Below, piece after piece: positions 51,301 through 60,693 of a stretch of DNA of 64,000 nt. The stretch covers positions 1-64,000 of the forward strand of contig JANLWX010000231.1 in the NCBI GenBank assembly GCA_031364845.1, read 5' to 3'. A model generated the notes under the pieces. That model had not been told where the DNA came from. It ran no database searches and saw only the letters and a list, made by a program, of their open reading frames with translations. How positions within the stretch are numbered: the first letter of the stretch is position 1; every line of letters begins with the position of its first letter. Made by a program: the position numbers and the translations under genes. This DNA comes from Candidatus Eiseniibacteriota bacterium. Its GTDB lineage: Bacteria > Eisenbacteria > RBG-16-71-46.

Positions 51301-54300
51301 ATCGGACTGGGTCGCGGTGCGATTCGACGGATCCATCGCACACACGACCTGCAGCAGTGCCGTGTTGGGGCCGTCGTAGGCGACTGAATACGAGGTGTTG
51401 CCTACCGCCTGGCCCTGCCACGGATCGAAGCATGGTGAGCCTGCGAAGCTGAAGGTTGCCGGCAGAGCGGAGCTGGCGCGGCATTGCGCGAAGCCGTGTT
51501 TCCACCAGTCGGGAAGCGCCTGGGACGATGCGATGCGCACGCGGGCGGACATTCCGATCAGCTCCTGCACGCCGGGAGGCGGCACGAACGAGCCGACGAA
51601 CGTGAACCCGGTTCCCGTGTTCGCGTCGCACGCGAACGTCTTGAGCGCCGTACCCGCCGTACCGCACAGATCCCACGACAGGTTGAGCAAGCCCGCGGGC
51701 AGCGGTCCGACATGGAACAGACTGTCTGAGGTGTCGGAGCCGCCGATATTGGTCACGGTGATCGGTCCGTCGGTCGCTCCCGCCGGCACCGGCGCCTGCA
51801 GGGTCGAGTCGTTCTGCACGGTGAACGTGGCGGTGGTGCCGTTGAAGCTCACGGCCGTGGTCCGCGTGAAGTTGAAGCCGCGGATCGAAAGCGGATAGCC
51901 CACCGGGGCCGATTGCGGAAGGAAGTTGCGCAGTTCGGGCGCCGCGATGAACATGCTGTCGCTGGTGTCCGAACCCTGGATCGTCGCGAGGTGAATCGGT
52001 CCGGTGCGCGCACCGGCCGGCACGACCGCCTCAACCTTGGTGTCCGAGGTCACCGTGAACGACGAGGCCGCAAGCGTGTGAAACCTCACCGACGAAGCGC
52101 CGGTGAATCCGCTGCCCGAGATCGTGACGACCTGAGCAGGACCGCCGCCCGGCGGTGTGAACGCCGAAATCTGCGGAACCGGTCCCGGTGCTGCCTGCCA
52201 CAAGGCGACCACTCGAGCGGCCGGTGTGGTGAGGATCGGATCGTATCCGAGTTCGGCACTCTGGAAGAGCTGGATCTGATTGAGTGTGAGGCCTACGGGG
52301 AGGCTGCAGCCCGCGCATGCGGCGGCGCCGGTCGTGTTCGCGCGCTGGATCTGCGCTTTGAACGCGTAGTACTCCGTCGAAGGACTGGCCGCTCCCGCCG
52401 AGGCCGGCAACGAACACGAGATCTGGAGTCGCGCGCTGTTCGCGCCATAGAACCCGACGCCGTACGAGGAACTCCCGGTCGCGAGCCCCTGCAGGATGTC
52501 GGTGCACGACGTGGGTCCGCTGCGGAAGTCGAAGTTCGTCGTGAGCCCTGTGGTTCCGCGGCACTGGCCGGGGCCGTGTTTCCACCAGTCGGGCAGATCA
52601 CCGGTCGAAGCGATTCGGATCTCGGCCGCGAGGCCCGTGAGTTCGAGGACATCGGGCGGAGGAATGAACGATCCGACCAGCGTGAACGCGCTGCCCGTAT
52701 TGAGGTCGCAGGCGAACGCCTGGGTCGCGGTCCCCGCGAGTCCGCAGTCGTTCCACGACAGATTGATGGTTCCCGATACGATCGGACCGACATGGAACGG
52801 GTCGTCGGAAGTGTCGGTGCCACCGGGGTTGGTGATGGCGATCGGACCGTCGGTTGCGCCAACGGGGACGATGGCATAGATCGTCGTGTCCGAATGCGTC
52901 GTGTACGACGAAGCGAGTCCGTTGAACCGGACCGACGTCGAGCGCGTGAAGTTGGTGCCGCGGATCACGACCGTGTGCCCCACCGGGGCGGTGTGCGGCA
53001 GGAAGAAACGGATGTCGGGCTTCACCACGAACAGACTCTCGGATGCCGCGGTTCCGCGGGATGTGGTCACCGCGATCGAGCCGGTGCGGGCGGCGGCGGG
53101 GACGGTCGTCGAGATCCGTGTGTCGGAGTCGACGGTGAAGGAAGCGGACACGTCGCGGAACCGAACCGCGGTGGCTCCTGTGAAGTACTGGCCCTGGATC
53201 GTCACCGGGATGCCGGGGGCCCCGGCGAGCGGCGTGAACGAATCGACCCGCGGCAACGGCCCGGGCTCCGCCTGCCAGAACGCGCTGTTGCGATGGAAAG
53301 GAATCGAGATCACCGGGTTGTAACCCATCGCGGCCGGCTGAGTGAGCTGGATCGTGTGGAGCGTGACGCGCACCGGCGTCTCGCAGCCATCACACTTCCC
53401 GGAGGAGTAGCTCTTGTTGCGCGTGATGTTGACCTTGAACGCGTAGTACGCCGTGTTCTGATCGACCGGAGTGTTCAGGGTCGACGAACTCGAAATTCTG
53501 ATGCGGGCCGTGTTCGCGCCATAGAAGCCCACATCGTAGCTGAAGCCCCCGCCGTTGATCTGGTCGAGCCACAGGTTGTCGCAGGAATAGGGTCCGCCGA
53601 ACGAGCTGAAGTTGACGTTGAGCCCGGCCGAGCTGCGACACTGACCGGATCCATGCTTCCACCAGTCGGGCAAGGTGGTGGCATACACGCCGAGATCGGA
53701 GATCGCCCCGTTGAGCTGGCTCACGCCGGGCGGAGGCACGAACGACCCGATCAGCGTGAACGGCGTTCCCGTGTTTCGATCGCACGCGAACGTCTTGATC
53801 GCCGTTCCCGCGAGTCCGCAATCGTCCCACGACAGATCCAGCGCGCCCGCCGCGGGGCCCACGCGGAACACGGAGTCGGATGGAGTCGTGCCGCCGGGAT
53901 TCGTGATCGAGATCGGCCCGGTGGTGGCCGCGCCCGGCACGACCGCGAGGAGCAGCGAATCGCTGTCGATGGAGAAGCTCGCCGTCGTCCCGTTGAAACG
54001 CACGGCCGAGACGTTTGCGAAGTTGCGGCCGGTGACGAGGATCGAGGCACCCGCGGACGCCTGCTTCGGCAGGAAGTGGCGGATCGCAGGGGCCACCGTG
54101 AACGAGAGGCTGGTGCCGCTTCCGAACGCCGTATCGAGCGTGATGGGCCCGGTCTCTCCCCCGACGGGAACGGTCGTCGTGACCTGAGCGTTGGAGACGA
54201 TGTTGAACGCCGCGGCCACGGTCCCGAAGCGTACGGACGTGGTGCCGAGCAGGTTCGAGCCGTTGATCGTCACGACCACGCCCGGCGCTCCGGCTGCAGG

Positions 54301-55029
54301 CGAGATCGAACCGATCACCGGCGGTCCCGGTGTGACCGCCTGCCAGTACACGGTGTTGCGCGTGAGCGGTGTCGTGATGATCGGATCGTTCGCACTCGAT
54401 AGCGGTTGGAACAGTTGAATGCTCTGAAGCTTGAGGCTCACCGGCGCGCTGCACCCGGCACAACTGCCGGCACCGGTCGTGTTCGAACTCAGCACGCGCA
54501 GCTTGAACGCGTAGTATTCCTGCGCCGCGGAAACGGGCGCGGCTTCATTGGAAGGAATCGCGCACTGGACCAGGACCTTGGCGGTATTGGGGCCGTACGC
54601 CGAGATCGTGTAGAGAAGCCCCCCCACTTCGCTGCCCGGCCAGAAGTCCGTGCATGCAACCGGCGAGAACGCGAAGTCGGGTGTGAGCGCGCTCACGCCG
54701 CGGCACTGTCCGCTCCCGTGCTTCCACCAGTCCGGAAGGCTGGTCGAGGCCACCCGCACCTCGGCCGACATGCCGAGCAGGTTGTTGATGCCCGCGGGCG
54801 GAACGAAAGACGCCACGGCGTTGAACGCCGGCCCGGCGTTCGTGTTGCAGGCGAACGTCTTCAACTGCGAGCCTGCAGCGCCGCAATCGTCCCACGAGAA
54901 GTTGATTCCGGCGGCATCGGCGGAGGGAACTCGAGAACTCATGAGCAACGCGGCGCAGCAGATGAACGCGAATGTCCGGCGTAGCAACTCGGCGAACGCG
55001 ACGGGACGAGACGAGCGAGGGCGGATCAT
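48385..55029 (-). CDS. Giant secreted repeat protein: six Cys-rich modules, five IPT/TIG pairs, C-terminal Ig + FlgD/T9SS-like tail
   Basis: Signal peptide (..SADA/AG). Module SWxxCG..FAC..LPxWWxHG..CR..Y(x)AFK..CxGC..QLxQ..WQ repeated 6x, separated by P.I.SF.P..G..G..VTI.G.NF.G...V.F IPT/TIG repeats; ends in YDLGGR...PGMYFARL. Confidence 0.9.
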   Translation of the reverse strand: MIRPRSSRPVAFAELLRRTFAFICCAALLMSSRVPSADAAGINFSWDDCGAAGSQLKTFACNTNAGPAFNAVASFVPPAGINNLLGMSAEVRVASTSLPDWWKHGSGQCRGVSALTPDFAFSPVACTDFWPGSEVGGLLYTISAYGPNTAKVLVQCAIPSNEAAPVSAAQEYYAFKLRVLSSNTTGAGSCAGCSAPVSLKLQSIQLFQPLSSANDPIITTPLTRNTVYWQAVTPGPPVIGSISPAAGAPGVVVTINGSNLLGTTSVRFGTVAAAFNIVSNAQVTTTVPVGGETGPITLDTAFGSGTSLSFTVAPAIRHFLPKQASAGASILVTGRNFANVSAVRFNGTTASFSIDSDSLLLAVVPGAATTGPISITNPGGTTPSDSVFRVGPAAGALDLSWDDCGLAGTAIKTFACDRNTGTPFTLIGSFVPPPGVSQLNGAISDLGVYATTLPDWWKHGSGQCRSSAGLNVNFSSFGGPYSCDNLWLDQINGGGFSYDVGFYGANTARIRISSSSTLNTPVDQNTAYYAFKVNITRNKSYSSGKCDGCETPVRVTLHTIQLTQPAAMGYNPVISIPFHRNSAFWQAEPGPLPRVDSFTPLAGAPGIPVTIQGQYFTGATAVRFRDVSASFTVDSDTRISTTVPAAARTGSIAVTTSRGTAASESLFVVKPDIRFFLPHTAPVGHTVVIRGTNFTRSTSVRFNGLASSYTTHSDTTIYAIVPVGATDGPIAITNPGGTDTSDDPFHVGPIVSGTINLSWNDCGLAGTATQAFACDLNTGSAFTLVGSFIPPPDVLELTGLAAEIRIASTGDLPDWWKHGPGQCRGTTGLTTNFDFRSGPTSCTDILQGLATGSSSYGVGFYGANSARLQISCSLPASAGAASPSTEYYAFKAQIQRANTTGAAACAGCSLPVGLTLNQIQLFQSAELGYDPILTTPAARVVALWQAAPGPVPQISAFTPPGGGPAQVVTISGSGFTGASSVRFHTLAASSFTVTSDTKVEAVVPAGARTGPIHLATIQGSDTSDSMFIAAPELRNFLPQSAPVGYPLSIRGFNFTRTTAVSFNGTTATFTVQNDSTLQAPVPAGATDGPITVTNIGGSDTSDSLFHVGPLPAGLLNLSWDLCGTAGTALKTFACDANTGTGFTFVGSFVPPPGVQELIGMSARVRIASSQALPDWWKHGFAQCRASSALPATFSFAGSPCFDPWQGQAVGNTSYSVAYDGPNTALLQVVCAMDPSNRTATQSDREYNAFKVQVLRTATTGAGACSGCNVPVSLTLEQLQLMQSPELGFDPVITTPQLRNAIAWQAEPGPPPVIDSFSPMAGAPGQPVTIRGAHFTGTNSVLFHTLSASFSVTSDTTIATSVPPGARTGRITVATIQGSDVSDDLFSVAPIITSFAPRQAPVGHVITVRGVNFINVNDVEFNGLDATFTIVNDSMLTAPVPAGTTSGPLRVANPAGEDISDIAFTVGPLPPGFINLSWDACGAAGADLKNFACNVNTGTVTAFASFKPPVGVTEMIGLSGDIRIASGSALPEWWKHGSSFCRGTGDLTSNFDFSLAPGSCVNPWQELVTGTLDYTVGFGGANMARIEVFGFMNSHRVALDPAVEYHAFKVNLLRTQSTGTGSCSGCNVPVSLTLRQIQLFQTPEFKYDPVITTALDHKTIAWQGVPGPLPDVQSFTPGAGAPGTVVTIRGLHFTATSLVTFDLRPALFTTVSDSVIHATVPAGARTGFIEVSTPNGSMTSAGTFIVAPRIASFSPRQAPVGSTITITGENFLYTSSVRFNGLPTPFSISSDVRITATVPTGATNGPISVTNPGGTAVSDSTFRVGPLMITNGGINLSWSDCGTAGTENMTFACDANSGSAFAMIASFIPPPNVTEFAGMSAQIDIRSNTATLPDWWRHGSQQCRSTTGLATSFDFTSGPFTCVDYFAGQAAGGYAYDVGFGSPSRARFRIQAAVPIESAAPVDPETEYYAFKANILRSKTTGSGSCAGCSEPMCLLLNEIQLFQPFQLNYDPQLTMPINRNYISWQGGIANCVSSTPVQASVVTTEANSERVRVVWMTADVPEAAVYRREGAREWTHVARLVPDGSHRLTFDDYDVVPGAQYAYRLGIMLASGEVFVGETSVSVPGNTALAMSAVRWDAGSRGVLVSLALPRAGAATFEIYDLGGRRFVREALEGLSAGTHDVRIAGARSLKPGMYFARLSQGTERVTGRFVVVQ

Positions 55030-55208
55030 GGGATCGACTCCACGATGAGTTCATGCTGCGGGGCATGGTTCAGCGTCGACGGATGGAGTTTTCTGAGGGA
55101 ATGATAGGCCAGTGCCCGCGTGGAGATACAGAACAATCTCTGAACAATCTTGCGGGTGCTCCCTATATAAAGAGAGACGCCGTCTTTCCTTCCTCGAACG
55201 CGACAACG

Positions 55209-55244
55209 AAAAAGGCCCCCGCGGCGAGCGTCGCCGGGAGGCCT
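55209..55244 (-). terminator. Intrinsic terminator after thrS
   Basis: Minus strand AGGCCTCCCGGCGA-CGC-TCGCCGCGGGGGCC-TTTTT. Confidence 0.7.
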
Positions 55245-55285
55245 CATCGTGATGTGCGGCAACGACCTTGTCGTTCGCCGAGAAC

Positions 55286-57064
55286 CTAATGCGTGCGCGC
55301 CCGCGTCTCCTCGGTGACACGCTGCACGAACGCTTCGCGGCTCATCGCCTCGAGCTGCCCCTGACCCTTGCGGCGGGGCGCGACCGTGCCGGCTTCCGCT
55401 TCGCGCGGGCCGACGACCAGCATGTAGGGAATCTTGGCAAGTTCGGCATCGCGAATCTTCGCACCCATCTTCTCGTCACGCAGGTCGATCTCGGCGCGAA
55501 TGCCCGCGTCCTTCAGCATCTGCGTGGTGCCGTTCGCGTAATCGAGCGCGCGTTCGTTCGCCGGGATCACCATGACCTGCACCGGCGCGATCCACACCGG
55601 GAATTCGCCGCCGGTGTGCTCGATGTAGATGCCCATGAACCGCTCCAGCGATCCATAGAGCGCGCGGTGCAGCATGATGCACTCGTGATCCTGGCCGTCG
55701 GGTCCGGTGTACATGACACCGAATCGCTTCGGCAGGTTCAGATCGACCTGAATGGTCGGACACTGCCACTGGCGGCCGAGCGCGTCCTTGAGCTTGACGT
55801 CGATCTTGGGCGCGTAGAACGCGCCGCCGCCCTCGTCGACCTCGTACGGCAGGTTACGGCTCTCGAGCGCCTCACGCAGCGCGTTCGTCGCGAAGTCCCA
55901 CTCCTCGTCGGTGCCGAGATACTTGTCGGCCGGACGGGTCGCGAGATAGCACACGTATTCGTAGCCGAACGTCTTGAGCAGGAAGTCCATCAGATCGAGG
56001 ATTCCGGCCACTTCGTCGGCGAGTTGTTCGCGCGTGCAGAAGATGTGCGAGTCGTCCTGGGTGAAGCCGCGCACGCGTTCCATGCCGTGCAGCACGCCGC
56101 TGCGTTCGTAGCGATAGACGGTCCCGAGTTCCGCCATGCGGATCGGCAGCTCGCGATAGCTGTGCTTGCGCGTGTTGTAGATCATGATGTGCCCGGGACA
56201 GTTCATCGGCTTCATGCGGTAGGGCTGGCCGTCGATGTCCATCGCGGCGTACATCATTTCGGCGTAGTTCTGAAGATGGCCCGAGATCGCGTACAGCTTC
56301 TCGCTCGCGACATGCGGCGTGTACACGAACTGATAGCCGCGCTTCAGGTGCTCTTCCTTCCAGAACTGCTCCATCAGATGGCGCACCATGCTGCCGTTCT
56401 GATGCCAGTGGATCAGCCCCGAGCCCACCTCCTCGTGCACCGAGAACAGATCGAGCTCCCGGCCGAGCCGGCGATGGTCGCGCTTGAGCGACTCCTCGAT
56501 TCGCTTCAAGTACTCGTCCAGCTCCTGCTGGTTCGCGAACGCGGTGCCGTAGATGCGCTGGAGCATCTCGTGGCGTTCGTTGCCGAGCCAGTAGGCGCCC
56601 GCGACGTGGGTGAGCTTGAACGCCTTGAGATCGCCGGTCGCCGCGACGTGCGGACCGCGGCACAAGTCGAGGAACGGTCCGTTCACGTAATAGGTGATCT
56701 TGGAACTCTCGGGAATCTGCGACAGGAAGTGGAGCTTGTACTTCTCGCCCGCCTTCTCGAAGCGCGCCTTCGCTTCGTCGCGATCGGTCTCGCGGAATTC
56801 GAACGGCTGATTGGCGGCGACGATCTCGCGCATCTTCGCTTCGATCCGCTCCAGATCTTCGTTCGAGAACGGCGTGTCCTTCGCGAAATCATAGTAGAAG
56901 CCGTTCTCGATCGGCGGCCCGCCGGCGACCTTCACGTCGGGGAACAGCTCGATGACGGCGGTGGCGAGCACGTGCGCCGCCGAGTGGCGCAGACGGTAGA
57001 GCGCTTCGCCTCCCGGATACTGCGCGATGTCGGGACGATCTTCGGACGCAGTCGCCATGGACAT
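55286..57064 (-). CDS. thrS: Threonine--tRNA ligase (lacking N-terminal TGS domain)
   Basis: RHSAAH, DLCRGPH, GAYW, LQRIYG, RDHR.LG, KPMNCPGH, RVRGFTQDD.H and HRALYGSLERF. Confidence 0.97.
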   Translation of the reverse strand: MSMATASEDRPDIAQYPGGEALYRLRHSAAHVLATAVIELFPDVKVAGGPPIENGFYYDFAKDTPFSNEDLERIEAKMREIVAANQPFEFRETDRDEAKARFEKAGEKYKLHFLSQIPESSKITYYVNGPFLDLCRGPHVAATGDLKAFKLTHVAGAYWLGNERHEMLQRIYGTAFANQQELDEYLKRIEESLKRDHRRLGRELDLFSVHEEVGSGLIHWHQNGSMVRHLMEQFWKEEHLKRGYQFVYTPHVASEKLYAISGHLQNYAEMMYAAMDIDGQPYRMKPMNCPGHIMIYNTRKHSYRELPIRMAELGTVYRYERSGVLHGMERVRGFTQDDSHIFCTREQLADEVAGILDLMDFLLKTFGYEYVCYLATRPADKYLGTDEEWDFATNALREALESRNLPYEVDEGGGAFYAPKIDVKLKDALGRQWQCPTIQVDLNLPKRFGVMYTGPDGQDHECIMLHRALYGSLERFMGIYIEHTGGEFPVWIAPVQVMVIPANERALDYANGTTQMLKDAGIRAEIDLRDEKMGAKIRDAELAKIPYMLVVGPREAEAGTVAPRRKGQGQLEAMSREAFVQRVTEETRARTH

Positions 57065-57191
57065 GGCGTCACTCCTTGGGCGGATGGCGAGGCTGTTCAG
57101 GCGGCGGATATCGCGGGTGTTCGGGGCGGCAATGCCGGAAGCGAACCCGGGATGTTCCCGCGGGTGCTCGCGTTCTCGTTCCGCCTTAAAG

Positions 57192-57267
57192 TGGTGGGCG
57201 ATACTGGACTTGAACCAGTGACCCCTTGCTTGTCGAGCAAGTGCTCTACCAACTGAGCTAATCGCCC
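57192..57267 (-). tRNA. tRNA-Val(GAC)
   Basis: GGGCGATTAGCTCAGTTGGTAGAGCA-CTTGC-TCGACAA-GCAAG-GGGTCACTGGTTCAAGTCCAGTATCGCCCACCA; upstream TTGACA at 57303-57308. Confidence 0.95.
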
Positions 57268-57629
57268 GCGAGGCCGCGGATTAAGCCGCAAGCGCGACAC
57301 GCTGTCAACTCTGACTTGAAAAATCCTTGACGTTGGTGCGGTACGGGTTCATGTTCGTTCGCGTCGAGGCCGCTTCAAATTCTGCGCTCATCCCCCGAGT
57401 GCACCACCGCCCCCCGGTGGCCATCTTCGCGCTCGACGCGAAGCGCATCGATGCTGGTTCTGACAGATCTCGAGAGGTCGCCGTCGAGATGCGCCGCTTC
57501 TGTCTCCACATCACGCTGCTGAATTCGAGCGGTTGCTCTAAACGACCCGATTTCGAGCCCTGACGACAGAACCGCACGCATGATTCGAGGCGCGGTCGCT
57601 TCCGGCTGCGCCTGAACCGGAGGTGCATC

Positions 57630-58460
57630 TTGAGTCGAGTCGTTCGCAGTTCAGTAGTGGCGGTTCTGGCAGCTTGCGGCGCGTTATCGATCCTCGCATC
57701 CACTGTGATGGCCGATGCCTTCGCGCGCTCGAACCGATCGAATCGCAAGGTTCACGTGTCGGCGATCGCTCACGATGGAGGGATTCCCTGCTCCCAGGAC
57801 GCGAGCCAGCAAGGGGGAACGCTGACGCGTGTGTGCTTCAGTGCCGGCGGGCTCGGCGGCTCCAACGTCGGCTACGCAAGCGCGAGCGCCGGGCCGGGCT
57901 TCGCGCATTCGGTGAACTACACCAAGGGCACGGCGAGAGCCGGACTCGGCGTTGCTGCGGCGGGCGACACCGCGGTCAGCGATTCGTTCCTCGTGACCTA
58001 CTCGAACACGGCCGTCAACCAGACGACGATCGTCATCAACGGACGCCTGTTGGTCGATGGCACCAACATGCTGAACTCGACCAAGGGGTTACTGCGGGTG
58101 CTCGTCTATCGCGATTCGGCTGCCGCCGATTCCGACCCCGCCCACGTCGGTGCGGGTGCGGGAACTCTGTTCAGCGGAAAACTGGAGGTCACGAAGGCGT
58201 CGCATGTGGCTTCCGGCGGATTCAGCAGCGGAAACTTTGCGGCGATCGCCGGAGCGAACCGCTATCAGGTGTCGGCCAGCAATCTCTCGAAGGTCGTTTC
58301 CGGTGTGGTCGACACCTCGAAGGTCGTCGTCATGGTCTTCAACGATTCGGTGTCGGACGTTCCCATGAGCTCGCCGCTCGTCGTGTTGCTCGGCGCGGGG
58401 CTGCTGGGCGGTAGTGCGCTATGGGCGATGCGCCGGCGCAAGTCGGCCGGTCTCGCCTGA
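57630..58460 (+). CDS. Exported Ser/Thr/Asn-rich protein with IPTL/PEP-CTERM-like sorting signal
   Basis: GGAGGT RBS, signal peptide, C-terminus [29 protein letters not shown] (motif, TM helix, basic cluster). Confidence 0.85.
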   Translation: MSRVVRSSVVAVLAACGALSILASTVMADAFARSNRSNRKVHVSAIAHDGGIPCSQDASQQGGTLTRVCFSAGGLGGSNVGYASASAGPGFAHSVNYTKGTARAGLGVAAAGDTAVSDSFLVTYSNTAVNQTTIVINGRLLVDGTNMLNSTKGLLRVLVYRDSAAADSDPAHVGAGAGTLFSGKLEVTKASHVASGGFSSGNFAAIAGANRYQVSASNLSKVVSGVVDTSKVVVMVFNDSVSDVPMSSPLVVLLGAGLLGGSALWAMRRRKSAGLA

Positions 58461-58508
58461 GTCGAATCCGGACGCGGGCGGTCGAGTGCCGCCCGCGTCT
58501 CTTCGAGC

Positions 58509-59522
58509 TCACACCCTGCGGCCGAGCACCGTGGCGATCGTGCGGATCTGTCCGACCAGTTCCTCGAACTGCTCCGGGTACAGCGACTGGGCACCGTCCG
58601 ACAGCGCGCGATCGGGATCGTGGTGCACCTCGATCATGAGACCGTCGGCGCCCGCGGCGATCGATGCGCGCGCCATCGGCGCCACCTTGTTGCGGATGCC
58701 GGTGCCGTGCGAGGGATCGACGATCACCGGCAGATGCGACAGCTCCTTCACCACCGGGATCGCATTCAGGTCGAGCGTGTTGCGCGTGTAGGTTTCGAAC
58801 GTGCGGATGCCGCGTTCGCACAGGATCACCTGCGCGTTGCCCTGCGAGACGATGTGCTCGGCGCTCATCAACCACTCTTCGATCGTCGAGGCGAGCCCGC
58901 GCTTGAGCAGCACCGGCTTGTCGGTGTGGCCGACCTCGCGCAGCAGCGAATAGTTCTGCATGTTGCGCGCGCCGATCTGGAGGATGTCGGCGTAGCGCGC
59001 GAGCAGATCGACCTGCTGCGTGTCCATCACTTCGCTCACGACCGCGAGCCCGTGCGCATCCGCAGCACGGCGCAGCAGCTTGAGCCCCTCCTCGCCGAGT
59101 CCCTGGAACGAGTACGGCGAGGTGCGCGGCTTGTAGGCCCCGCCGCGCAGGATGGTGGCACCCGCCTTGGCGACGGCGGCGGCGATCGTGAACGCCTGCT
59201 CCTCCCCTTCGACCGAGCATGGTCCGGCCATCAGCACGAGCTGGTCGCTGCCGATCGCGCACCGGCCGACGGTGATGACCGTGTCGTGCGGCCGGAACAC
59301 GCGCGAGACGAGCTTGAACGGCGCGCCGATCTTGCGGGTCTCGGCGACGCCGGCCCATGACCGCACCGCGTCCCAGTCGGCGGCTCCCGCCTCGCCGATC
59401 GCGGCGAAGCGCGCCTGTCCGTCGTGATCGGTGCGGTGCACCGACAGACCGAACATGCGCAACCGTGACGCGACATCGTTCGCGACGGCTTCGGGGGTGT
59501 TGCGCTGCAGCAGGACCAGCAT
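58509..59522 (-). CDS. aroF: DAHP synthase class I-beta with N-terminal ferredoxin-like regulatory domain
   Basis: [51 protein letters not shown] and EVH.DP..ALSDG.Q. Confidence 0.95.
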   Translation of the reverse strand: MLVLLQRNTPEAVANDVASRLRMFGLSVHRTDHDGQARFAAIGEAGAADWDAVRSWAGVAETRKIGAPFKLVSRVFRPHDTVITVGRCAIGSDQLVLMAGPCSVEGEEQAFTIAAAVAKAGATILRGGAYKPRTSPYSFQGLGEEGLKLLRRAADAHGLAVVSEVMDTQQVDLLARYADILQIGARNMQNYSLLREVGHTDKPVLLKRGLASTIEEWLMSAEHIVSQGNAQVILCERGIRTFETYTRNTLDLNAIPVVKELSHLPVIVDPSHGTGIRNKVAPMARASIAAGADGLMIEVHHDPDRALSDGAQSLYPEQFEELVGQIRTIATVLGRRV

Positions 59523-59631
59523 GCGGTGGACGGACTCCGGGGAAGGCGAAGGTGGCGGGCCCAGGATCGAGCCATGGCGGCATTGTCTCTCAACTAATTA
59601 GATCAGGCCACCCACGTTGCTGATTCGGGGC

Positions 59632-60693
59632 TCATCGGTCGCGCCCCCGCAGCGCCCGCTGGTGCAGCCATGCGTCCATCAGCACGATCGCCATCATGCT
59701 CTCGGCGACCGGGACCACGCGCGGGCAGATGCACGGATCGTGGCGGCCTTCGATCGCGATCGTGGTCGTGCCCCCGTCCGCGGTCGCGGCCGTTTGAGGT
59801 TTGCCGATCGAAGTCGCGGCGCGCACGGCGACCCGCACCACGATTTCCGCGCCGTTGGAAATACCGCCGGCGATCCCTCCCGCCCAGTTGGTCGTGAAGC
59901 GCTCGCCATCGAACACGTCGTTGGTTTCGGATCCGGCGCGGGTCGCCATATCGAAGCCGCCGCCGATCTCCACACCCTTGGTCGCGGGGATCGACAGCAT
60001 CGCCGATCCCAGTTGCGCATCGAGCTTGGCCATCGTCGGATCGCCCCAGCCCGCCGGCACACTGCGCGCGACGATCTCGACGATGCCGCCGACCGAGTCC
60101 TTCGCCTCGCGCGCCGCGACAATGCGCGCGGCCATCGCCTCGGCGGCCACCGGATCCGGACAGCGCACCGGATTGGACTCTGCGGTGTCCCACTCGCGAA
60201 GCGTCGCCCTCACCTCGCCCACCTGCACGGTGCCGCCCGCGATCGACACGCCGATCGTTCCGAGTGCGAGCTTCGCGAGCGCACCCGCCGCCACGCGCCC
60301 CACCGTTTCACGTCCCGACGAACGCCCGCCGCCACGATGATCGCGGATCCCGTACTTCTGGTGGTAGACGTAGTCCGCGTGGCCCGGCCGGAACACGTCC
60401 CGCAACGGCGCATAGTCCTTGGAACGGGCATCGGAGTTGCGGACCAGCATCGCGATCGGGGTTCCGAGCGAAACTCCTTCGAACACGCCGCTCAGGATCT
60501 CGACGACATCGCCTTCCTGCCGCTGCGTGGTGAGCGCACTCTGCCCCGGCCGGCGCCGGTCGAGCTCACGCTGGATCGCTGCCGGGTCCACCGCGAACCC
60601 GGGCGGCATGCCGTCCACCACCACACCCACACCAGGCCCGTGCGACTCGCCGAACGTGGTGATCGTGAACAGGTGCCCGAAGCGCGAGGACAT
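59632..60693 (-). CDS. aroC: Chorismate synthase
   Basis: TFGESHG, RRRPGQS, RPGHAD, RSSGRET, GGISNG and GRHDPC..PR.VPVAE. Confidence 0.96.
   Translation of the reverse strand: MSSRFGHLFTITTFGESHGPGVGVVVDGMPPGFAVDPAAIQRELDRRRPGQSALTTQRQEGDVVEILSGVFEGVSLGTPIAMLVRNSDARSKDYAPLRDVFRPGHADYVYHQKYGIRDHRGGGRSSGRETVGRVAAGALAKLALGTIGVSIAGGTVQVGEVRATLREWDTAESNPVRCPDPVAAEAMAARIVAAREAKDSVGGIVEIVARSVPAGWGDPTMAKLDAQLGSAMLSIPATKGVEIGGGFDMATRAGSETNDVFDGERFTTNWAGGIAGGISNGAEIVVRVAVRAATSIGKPQTAATADGGTTTIAIEGRHDPCICPRVVPVAESMMAIVLMDAWLHQRALRGRDR

Noticed and set aside
57065..57191. T-box or tRNA-mimic operator upstream of thrS (also sought before leuS, pheS, trpE)
   Set aside because: No T-box consensus and no Thr-anticodon-like loop; the leaders are short or overlap upstream genes.
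57305..57620. Small ORFs between tRNA-Val and the CTERM protein
   Set aside because: No RBS or motifs and atypical codon usage; more likely a divergent promoter region.
59523..59631. Aromatic leader peptide or TrpR-like operator (CTAATTAG) upstream of aroF
   Set aside because: The upstream ATG frames do not terminate as short leaders, no terminator was seen, and an 8-bp palindrome is too weak to call.
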